This document shows, one piece after another, positions 1 through 9,132 of a DNA stretch of 27,540 nt. How positions within the stretch are numbered: position 1 is the stretch's first letter; every line of letters starts with the position of its first letter. The stretch lies in contig CP120464.1 of assembly GCA_034226945.1 (NCBI GenBank), forward strand, positions 744,001-771,540. The letters run 5' to 3'. Made by a program: the position numbers and the translations under genes. Source of the stretch: Picochlorum sp. SENEW3. Taxonomy: Eukaryota. The notes beneath the pieces were generated by a model that was not told where the DNA came from, ran no database searches, and saw only the letters and a list, made by a program, of their open reading frames with translations.

Positions 1-75
1 GATTTTTATCTTTTGATTTTGGTTTTGCTTCCTTCTTTTGTGTTGGTTGCTGTTGTTGTTGTCTTCTCTTGTTGT
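1..75 (-). repeat. Inverted copy of the AT-rich spacer at 5276-5350
   Basis: The reverse complement of 1-75 (acaacaagagaagac...caaaagataaaaatc) is identical to 5276-5350. Confidence 0.95.
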
Positions 76-494
76 TGTAGTAGTAGTAATAGAGGAGGAG
101 GAGCAGTAGTAGTAGCAGAGCTTGTGGTGTGCCGTGTCTTTTGTTGTTGTCGTTGTTGTTGTATATATAGTAGTATAGGTGTTTATTATACTACTTATTA
201 TTCTTCTTGATATTGTATTGTATATTCTCGTTCTTTTGGTGGTGTTTTTGGATGTTTTTTTAGTTGGTGTGTTTTTTTGGTTAGGGTATTTTGGTCTTGT
301 TGGTGGTGTTTTTTGTTGGCTTTATTTTTGATTTTTTGGATATTTTCTTATTTTTGGGTAGTTTGTATATTATTTAATTTAGAAAATGTGTTTATTTTTG
401 TTTGTGTGGTGGGAAGTGGGGTGACTATGGTGTTATATACCCTCATTACCCTCCTGCCAAGAACGACGGTATGTACAGGGTATAGGGTATAGGG

Positions 495-520
495 AGCAAT
501 ACGTAACTGAACGAAGTACA
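495..520 (-). other. Oxford Nanopore ligation adapter (technical sequence)
   Basis: AGCAATACGTAACTGAACGAAGTACA is the reverse complement of the ONT adapter (AA)TGTACTTCGTTCAGTTACGTATTGCT, recalled from memory. Confidence 0.93.
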
Positions 521-610
521 CTACTCACGACGATGTTTTTTGGTACCTTTTTAAAAAAATTCCAAAAAAAATTCCAAAAAAAAAGCGACTAACAAACACA
601 ATCTGATGGC
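519..610 (-). other. Fused termini of the ONT DNA control strand (DCS), technical sequence
   Basis: The reverse complement of 553-610 is GCCATCAGATTGTGTTTGTTAGTCGC-Tn-GGAA-Tn-GGAA-Tn (DCS start). The reverse complement of 519-552 is An-GGTACC-An-CATCGTCGTGAGTAGTG (DCS end). The DCS sequence is recalled from memory. Confidence 0.85.
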
Positions 611-633
611 AGCAATACGTAACTGAACGAAGT
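611..633 (-). other. Second Oxford Nanopore adapter copy
   Basis: AGCAATACGTAACTGAACGAAGT, the same as 495-517. Confidence 0.93.
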
Positions 634-3466
634 CTCTCCAATCAAACTCATACGGGTTGCTTTGCCCAGAGCTTGTTGTGAACATTGGTGGTGAATGCGA
701 CGCGAACTACTCCTCCTCCTGATACTGGCGAATGGCGAAGATCTTTACACGGCTATTTCTTCTCATGAAGTCCATATGAGATGCCTAAAGTCGGCAAACC
801 ACGGGTAAAAGCTCTCCAACCACCTTCGAGTCTGAGGCAACCACTGGTGGTTGATTCCTGGCCCACTGTAAAAACATGCGGTGACCAAGGTGGGTCCTCG
901 ACCCGTGAATGCGCCATCTGGCCCCTTGCATAGGTTTTTTGGATACATATAAGACTTAGTAGCACCGCAGACACGACGATAGAGTGCTGATGCGAGCACA
1001 ATCGTGTACCAAGCGTTGGAAAAGTGGCCCCCAGGCACACCCCTCCCTAGACGGCCGGTCACGAGGAATCTGGGAAATCGGAGAAATCTCTTTTTGAATT
1101 ACATCCATATAAGGTGCCTGAAGGCGAGAAACCAAGGAGCAGAGCTCTGAGGCGAGCACAATCGTGTACCAAGCGTTGCAAAAGTGGCCTCCAGGCACAC
1201 CCCTCCCTAGACGGCCGGTCACGAGGAATCTGGGAAATCCGAGAAATCTCTTTTTGAATTATATCCATATGAGGTGCCTCAAAGCGAGAAACCAAGGAGC
1301 ACAGCTCTCACGTGCCCACAATCGTGTACCAAGCGTTGCAAAAGTGGCCTCCAGGCACACCCCTCCCTAGACGGCCGGTCACGAGGAATCTGGGAAATCG
1401 GAGAAATCTCTTTTTGAATTACATCTATATGAGGTGCCTGAAGGCGAGAAACCAAGGAGCATAGCTCTCACGTGCCCACAATCGTGTACCAAGCGTTGGA
1501 AAAGTGGCCCCCAGGCACACCCCTCCCTAGACGGCCGGTCACGAGGAATCTGGGAAATCGGAGAAATCTCTTTTTGAATTTCATCCATATAAGGTGCCTG
1601 AAGGCGAGAAACCAAGGAGCAGAGCTCTGAGGCGAGCACAATCGTGTACCAAGCGTTGCAAAAGTGGCCTCCAGGCACACCCCTCCCTAGACGGCCGGTC
1701 ACGAGGAATCTGGGAAATCCGAGAAATCTCTTTTTGAATTATATCCATATGAGGTGCCTCAAAGCGAGAAACCAAGGAGCACAGCTCTCACGTGCCCACA
1801 ATCGTGTACCAAGCGTTGCAAAAGTGGCCTCCAGGCACACCCCTCCCTAGACGGCCGGTCACGAGGAATCTGGGAAATCGGAGAAATCTCTTTTTGAATT
1901 ACATTCATATGAGGTGCCTGAAGGCGAGAAATCAAGGAGCACAGCTCTCACGTGCCCACAATCGTGTACCAAGCATTGCAAAAGTGGCCTCCAGGCACAC
2001 CCCTCCCTAGACGGCCGGTCACGAGGAATCTGGGAAATCGGAGAAATCTCTTTTTGAATTACATCTATATGAGGTGCCTGAAGGCGAGAAACCAAGGAGC
2101 ATAGCTCTCACGTGCCCACAATCGTGTACCAAGCGTTGGAAAAGTGGCCCCCAGGCACACCCCTCCCTAGACGGCCGGTCACGAGGAATCTGGGAAATCC
2201 GAGAAATCTCTTTTTGAATTACATCCATATAAGGTGCCTGAAGGCGAGAAACCAAGGAGCAGAGCTCTGAGGCGAGCACAATCGTGTACCAAGCGTTGCA
2301 AAAGTGGCCTCCAGGCACACCCCTCCCTAGACGGCCGGTCACGAGGAATCTGGGAAATCGGAGAAATCTCTTTTTGAATTATATCCATATGAGGTGCCTC
2401 AAAGCGAGAAACCAAGGAGCACAGCTCTCACGTGCCCACAATCGTGTACCAAGCATTGCAAAAGTGGCCTCCAGGCACACCCCTCCCTAGACGGCCGGTC
2501 ACGAGGAATCTGGGAAATCGGAGAAATCTCTTTTTGAATTACATCTATATGAGGTGCCTGAAGGCGAGAAACCAAGGAGCATAGCTCTCACGTGCCCACA
2601 ATCGTGTACCAAGCGTTGGAAAAGTGGCCCCCAGGCACACCCCTCCCTAGACGGCCGGTCACGAGGAATCTGGGAAATCGGAGAAATCTCTTTTTGAATT
2701 ACATCCATATAAGGTGCCTGAAGGCGAGAAACCAAGGAGCAGAGCTCTGAGGCGAGCACAATCGTGTACCAAGCGTTGCAAAAGTGGCCTCCAGGCACAC
2801 CCCTCCCTAGACGGCCGGTCACGAGGAATCTGGGAAATCCGAGAAATCTCTTTTTGAATTACATCCATATGAGGTGCCTCAAAGCGAGAAACCAAGGAGC
2901 ACAGCTCTCACGTGCCCACAATCGTGTACCAAGCGTTGGAAAAGTGGCCTCCAGGCACACCCCTCCCTATATGGCCGGTCACGCAAAATCTGGGAAATCC
3001 GAGAAATCTCTTTTTGAATTACATCCATATGAGGTGCCTCAAAGCGAGAAACCAAGGAGCACAGCTCTCACGTGCCCACAATCGTGTACCAAGCGTTGGA
3101 AAAGTGGCCTCCAGGAACACCCCTCCCTATATGGCCGGTCACGCAAAATCTGGGAAATCCGAGAAATCTCTTTTGAATTACATCCATATGAGGTGCCTCA
3201 AAGCGACAAACCAAGGAGCACAGCTCTCACGTGCCCACAATCGTGTACCAAGCGTTGGAAAAGTGGCCTCCAGGAACACCCCTCCCTATATGGCCGGTCA
3301 CGCAAAATCTGGGAAATCCGAGAAATCTCTTTTTGAATTACATCTATATGAGGTGCCTCAAAGCGACAAACCAAGGAGCACAGCTCTCACGTGCCCACAA
3401 TCGTGTACCAAAGATTACCAGTTTTGGCTGAAACCAAAAGTTTGAGGTTATGGACCCCCCTTTACA
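634..3466. repeat. Module A: leader + 160-bp array + terminal motif
   Basis: The leader (tgttgtgaacattggtggtgaatgcgacgcgaa at 674) is homologous to those at 3794 and 5698. The module ends in CCAAAAGTTTGAGGTTATGGACCCCCCTTTACA (3434-3466). Confidence 0.85.
1001..3410. repeat. Tandem array A: 15 monomers of 160 bp
   Basis: atcgtgtacc recurs at 1001, 1161, 1321 ... 3081, 3240, 3400. One monomer is 159 bp (shorter T-run). Confidence 0.98.
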
Positions 3467-3787
3467 AAATCAAAAGATACAAATCTCATAATAATCATAA
3501 TGACACAACAACAATCTATACTATGCTATGCTATGCATGAATGAAAAGAATCTCTGTCTTCTTCTTCACAACAGCAACAGCAGCATCAACAGAAGGACAC
3601 AATATTAAGTAAGTAAGTAAGTAAGAAGAATACCAATAATAATAATAATAATAAACACCCATCATTAAAAAAACGTCGCACAACCAGTGGTGCAAAACAT
3701 CAAACAGGTCTGCTGCCACATGTCTGAAGAAGAAGAGGGAGCATCTCGGAACAACAAGATATATATTGAATTATATTGATATATATC
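3467..3787. repeat. AT-rich inter-module spacer, duplicated at about 5332-5637
   Basis: Near-identical text including the (ctatg)n, (taag)n and (aat)n microsatellites and gtggtgcaaaacatcaaacaggtctgctgccacatg. Confidence 0.93.
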
Positions 3788-5278
3788 GAATTCTGTTGTG
3801 AACATTGGTGGTGAATGCGACGCGAAATACTCCTGACGCTGGTGAGCGGAGAAGCTCTTTACACTGCTAGTTCCTTCTCATCAAGTCGATATGAAATGCC
3901 TAAAGTCGGGAGACCACGGGTGAGAGCTTTCAACCTTCGAGTCTGAGGCAACTGCTCCTGCTTTGATTCCTGGCCCATTGCAAAAACATGCGGTGGCCAA
4001 GGTGGGTCCTCGCCATGTAAATGCGCCATCTGGCTCCTTGCATAGGTTTTTCGAATACATGCCAGGCTTAGTAGCACCACGGACGCTACGATATAGTGCT
4101 CACGTGCCCACAATCGTATCCCAAGCGTTGGGAAGTGACTCCCAAACACACCCCTCGCTATCTGGTCGGTCGTCGCGAGTATGGCAAATCCGGGAGAGGG
4201 CATTTGAGATATTATATATACAAGCCTGCTGAATGCGACAGACCCAGAGGAAGACCTCCCACGCGGCCAGAAAAGTGACCCCAAGGGTGTTGCAGCTGTC
4301 TTCTCAACCACCCCTCGCTATCTGGTCGGTCGTCGCGAGTATGGCAAATCCGGGAGAGGGCATTTGAGATATTATATATACAAGCCTGCTGAATGCGACA
4401 GACCCAGAGGAAGATGTCTCACGCGACCAGAAAAGTGACCCCAAGGGTGTTGCAGCTGCCTTCCCAACCACCCCTCGCTATCTGGTCGGTCGTCGCGAGT
4501 ATGGCAAATCCGGGAGAGGGCATTTGAGATATTATATATACAAGCCTGCTGAATGCGACAGACCCAGAGGAAGATGTCTCATGCGACCAGAAAAGTGACC
4601 CCAAGGGCGTTGCACTGGCCTTCTCAACCACCCCTCGCTATCTGGTCGGTCGTCGCGAGTATGGCAAATCCGGGAGAGGGCATTTGAGATATTATATATA
4701 CAAGCCTGCTGAATGCGACAGACCCAGAGGAAGATGTCTCACGCGACCAGGAAAGTGACCCCAAGGGCGTTGCACTGGTCTTCCCAACCACCCCTCGCTA
4801 TCTGGTCGGTCGTCGCGAGTATGGCAAATCCGGGAGAGGGCATTTGAGATATTATATATACAAGCCTGCTGAAAGCGACAGACCCAGAGGAAGATGTCTC
4901 ACGCGACCAGGAAAGTGACCCCAAGGGCGTTGCAGCTGCCTTCTCAACCACCCCTCGCTATCTGGTCGGTCGTCGCGAGTATGGCAAATCCGGGAGAGGG
5001 CATTTGAGATATTATATATACAAGCCTGCTGAAAGCGACAGACCCAGAGGAAGACCTCCCACGCGGCCAGAAAAGTGACCCCAAGGGCGTTGCACTGGCC
5101 TTCTCAACCACCCCTCGCTATCTGGTCGGTCGTCGCGAGTATGGCAAATCCGGGAGAGGGCATTTGAGATATTATATATACAAGCCTGCTGAATGCGACA
5201 GACCCAGCAAAACGCCTCTCACGCGACCAGGAGAGTGACCCCAAGCCAAAAGTTTGAGGTTCTGAACACCCCTTTACA
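3788..5278. repeat. Module B: leader + about 7 monomers of a second 160-bp family + terminal motif
   Basis: cccctcgctatctggtcggt at 4151, 4311, 4471, 4631, 4791, 4951, 5111. The terminal motif CCAAAAGTTTGAGGTTCTGAACACCCCTTTACA is at 5246-5278. Confidence 0.95.
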
Positions 5279-5640
5279 ACAAGAGAAGACAACAACAACA
5301 GCAACCAACACAAAAGAAGGAAGCAAAACCAAAATCAAAAGATAAAAATCTCATAATAATCATAATGACACAACAACAATCTATACTATGCTATGCTATG
5401 CATGAATGAAAAGAATCTCTGTCTTCTTCTTCACAACAACAGCAACAACAACAACAGAAGGACACAATATTAAGTAAGTAAGTAAGTAAGAAGAATACCA
5501 ATAATAATAATAATACACACCCATCATTGAAAAAAACTCCCACAACCAGTGGTGCAAAACATCAAACAGGTCTGCTGCCACATGTCTGAAGAAGAAGAGG
5601 GAGCATCTCGGAACAACAAGATATATATTGATATATCTTT

Positions 5641-6382
5641 CTCCCTCCATACATCAAAGTCACACGCGTTGCTTTGCCCTGAGATTGTTGCGAATTCTGT
5701 TGTGAACATTGGTGGTGAATGCGACGCGAAATACTCCTGACGCTGGTGAGCGGAGAAGCTCTTTACACTGCTAGTTCCTTCTCATCAAGTCGATATGAAA
5801 TGCCTAAAGTCGGGAGACCACGGGTGAGAGCTTTCAACCTTCGAGTCTGAGGCAACTGCTCCTGCTTTGATTCCTGGCCCATTGCAAAAACATGCGGTGG
5901 CCAAGGTGGGTCCTCGCCATGTAAATGCGCCATCTGGCTCCTTGCATAGGTTTTTCGGATACATGCCAGGCTTAGTAGCACCACGGACGCTACGATATAG
6001 TGCTCACGTGCCCACAATCGTATCCCAAGCGTTGCAAAGTGACTCCCAGACACACCCCTCGCTATCTGGTCGGTCGTCGCGAGTATGGCAAATCCGGGAG
6101 AGGGCATTTGAGATATTAGATATACAAGCCTGCTGAATGCGACAGACCCAGAGGAAGATGTCTCACGCGACCAGAAAAGTGACCCCAAGGGTGTTGCAGC
6201 TGCCTTCCCAACCACCCCTCGCTATCTGGTCGGTCGTCGCGAGTATGGCAAATCCGGGAGAGGGCATTTGAGATATTATATATACAAGCCTGCTGAATGC
6301 GACAGACCCGGAGGAAGATGTCTCATGCGGCCAGAAAAGTGACCCCATGCCAAAAGTTTGAGGTTCTGAACACCCCTTTACA
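5641..6382. repeat. Module C: leader almost identical to B + about 2 B-type monomers + terminal motif
   Basis: Monomers start at 6055 and 6215. The terminal motif at 6350-6382 is identical to that of B. Confidence 0.95.
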
Positions 6383-6748
6383 TCGCCGCTCAGCTCTCAT
6401 CCTGAACAGCTGGCTCTGTGTGTGTGTATGTGCTCCACATCCACTCCCATCAAAAGATGTCTTCGATGGAGAGAGAGCCGTGAAGAACAAGAAAAATCCA
6501 CGACATCCTCGGTCAAACATTTTGTGGTGATGGGAAGAAGAACGAAAACATGCCACCAAAAAAAAAAAAAAAAAAAGATGCAGCATGAGTGTGTGGCCGA
6601 GCGGTCTCAAGGTCATCCTTTTTTATTGTCCTCATTTACGGACGAACACCACGTCCGAGAAGACCGGGGTTCTTGGTCCTACTTTTTTTTATTGTGTTTG
6701 TTTACGGAGAGTTCTCCGTACGACACGAGCTGCTGTACGAGACCGTTG

Positions 6749-7475
6749 GGGGTGCACCCCAACCACCTCCTCCTGGTTGACTAGTCACCACACAGCATGG
6801 CAGCCAAACAGCACACTACCACCAAGAAAAATTTTGGGCCCTTTTTTTTTTTTCGAACGGAAAGCGCCTAATTTTTCAAGTCAATCAAGAGGGCTCTCCT
6901 ATTTTTTTTTGGGGGGGGGGGGTGCACCCCACCACCACTGGGTGACTAGTCACCACAGCATGGCTGCAAAACAGCACGACCACATCAATATCGGGTCCGC
7001 CGCCATTGGCGGATTTTTTTTTTTCGGGTAGGGTACAACAAAGAGCCCCTAATTTTTTCAAGTCAATCAAGGGGGCTCTCCTATTTTTTTTTTTGGGGGG
7101 GTGCACCCCAACCACCACTGGGTGAGTTTTTTGGGGGGCCACAGCATGGCATGGCATGCTGCGCAGCCAAACAGCACACGACCACCAAGAAAAATTTTGG
7201 GCCAGCCATTGGCGGCGTTTTTTTTTTTTCGTAACAGAGAGCCACTATTTTTTTCAAGCCGATCAAGGGGGGCTCCCCTATTTTTTTTTAATATTTTGAG
7301 GGGAGGTGGAGGGGAGGGTGCACCCCAACCACCACCACTGTGTGGCAGCACCCCACAGCACACGACCACAAACAACAACAATTTCGGGCCCGCCGCCAGT
7401 GGCGGCATTTTTTTTTCGTAACAGAGAGCCACTATTTTTTCAAGCCGATCAGGGGGGGCTCCCCTTTTTTTTTAT
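6749..7475. repeat. Four degenerate 170-220 bp tandem repeats with palindromes and T-tracts
   Basis: GGGGTGCACCCC at 6749, 6919 and 7098, and GGGTGCACCCC at 7316. Each unit also has cagcac, a T-tract, and ttttcaag(t/c)c(a/g)atca followed by gggctc. Confidence 0.85.
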
Positions 7476-8389
7476 TTCCTCCGCCCCCCCAACGGCGTGG
7501 CTCACCACGGATACGTAGCATAGTATACTACTATAGTGGGAGGTCTCCCTTCCTCAACTATTGGTTTTATTTTTTAATTAAGAAACTTTTTGGCTTTTTC
7601 TCCTTGTGTGTTGCATCATTTTTTGTGCAACGCATATATTATTAAACTGTATGTAATTGCGCATCTTTTGATATTAGTTTCACGCTCAATGATGCGGTAT
7701 CCGCGACAAACGGGGCGAATGTTAGTTGGGCCGTGACACATCCTCGGTCGAATGATCATGTGGATGGGCCGACACGAAATTCGGGTACATGCGTGGGCTC
7801 GTCGCCTCATCCGGTGGGGCATTAGTACCGGTATTGTTTGTTTCCTTTCACCCTTGCCATCATCACGTATAATTTATCACGAATTAATAGTACTTCCTCG
7901 TGGATGTCGTGTTGGTAGGGCGGGAGTGTGGGCGTACACAGCGTCTGGCCAGGGACATCGCAGTGTCCCACGACATGCGACACCGTTGGGGTCCCTACAT
8001 ATACTGTATACTGGGAGGAAAAAAAAAAAGGCCTTAAACGGTTGTGTGCGTCTGTACATACACGAGTTGGCGCAATGCTTTTGAGAAGAGTTTGGTAGAC
8101 TCGTGGGTCTCGTCTTGCCAGATGGCAGGCACGTTTCTTTTCTGATAAAGAAACGAATCAGAAAATTCGTGCCAAAGCTAGATAGTCGTTCAACCACAAG
8201 GACAACTACCACTGACAGTATAATGGAATGTTCATATCAATTCATCCCACAACCAGTGGGAGGTGTCGAATCTGGTGGAGGTTTGTTTGGAGGAATTTTT
8301 TTTTTTTTATTATTATTCACAGGTTCTTGCAGAAAGGAGAAGATGTTCCAGAACGGTAGGAGACAGAAGGCTGTTGCAAGCCATGCAAA

Positions 8390-9020
8390 CATTCTTTTAC
8401 TGATGAACAAATATGAGACAGGACGTGGAGGATGTGGTAGGATACCGTGAAGTACTCCCTGTAAATCGAAGATTATTAATCAGAAGCCTTATGGCAAGGC
8501 TCAACCATGACCCACACCAAGGTACAGATTGGGAAGAAATTACTATGGATTTGGTTTCAGGGTTTACTGGTGTTTTTTTTTTGTTGTTGTTGTTGTTGTT
8601 GACAAAAAATCAAAGATGGTCAGACCAGTACCTATACAGAAAATGGAGTTATGCTACTACCAAATAAAAGAATAGCGAAAGCATCTATCGATACGATATT
8701 CAAGTTGCATGGAATGCAGAAAAGGATCATACCTGATCGAGCATCCACATGTTCTCTGCTGGAGAGTTCTATCATGCAATAGCCCATTTGGAAGAAGCTA
8801 GCTGAGCGCTCAGTGAAAACAACAAAAAAAAAAAAAGGAGTCATTGGATCTCGAAGAAGAGAACATGATATTCGAGTCGGAGGTAAAGTTTATGTGGGTA
8901 CAAAAAAAAAAAAAAAACTTTAGACAACAATCTTGGGACCAGGGCAGGCAAAGCTGGTTTTTCCAGATACATTGGCCCTGTGGTTGTCACAGCATTGATT
9001 GGCCCTAACGCAGTAAGAAT
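8390..9020 (+). pseudogene. Decayed Ty3/Gypsy integrase fragment
   Basis: Collinear remnants across frames: NMRQDVEDVV, QKPYGKAQP, WEEITMDLVSGF, IFKLHGMQKRIIPDR, RYIGPVVVTALIGPNAV. The order matches the intact integrase in 24341-27412. Broken by stops, deletions and homopolymers. Confidence 0.8.
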
Positions 9021-9132
9021 GAATATATATACGTGATTACGAAGAATTGCATATGGGTCTGGATGGAAAAGTGTTACTGTAAAAAAATCAAAAAAACAAC
9101 AAGAAAAACAACAACAGGAAGAAACAAAGAAT

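Noticed and set aside
495..633. Two 23-bp direct repeats with a spacer, resembling a mini-CRISPR
   Set aside because: The repeats are the ONT adapter and the spacer is ONT control DNA.
1001..6346. Leader-plus-array layout as a CRISPR array
   Set aside because: Monomers are repeated along their whole length with no unique spacers, no cas genes are present, and the context is eukaryotic.
753..6348. Many short ORFs in the arrays, including an LRR-like string NLGNPRNLFLNY
   Set aside because: The 160-bp period is not a multiple of 3, frames hit stops every one to few monomers, and the motif is not kept in family B.
7616..7822. Short minus-strand ORF with faint HNH-like text (HGPTNIRPVCRG)
   Set aside because: There is no in-frame DH motif and the similarity is too weak to support.
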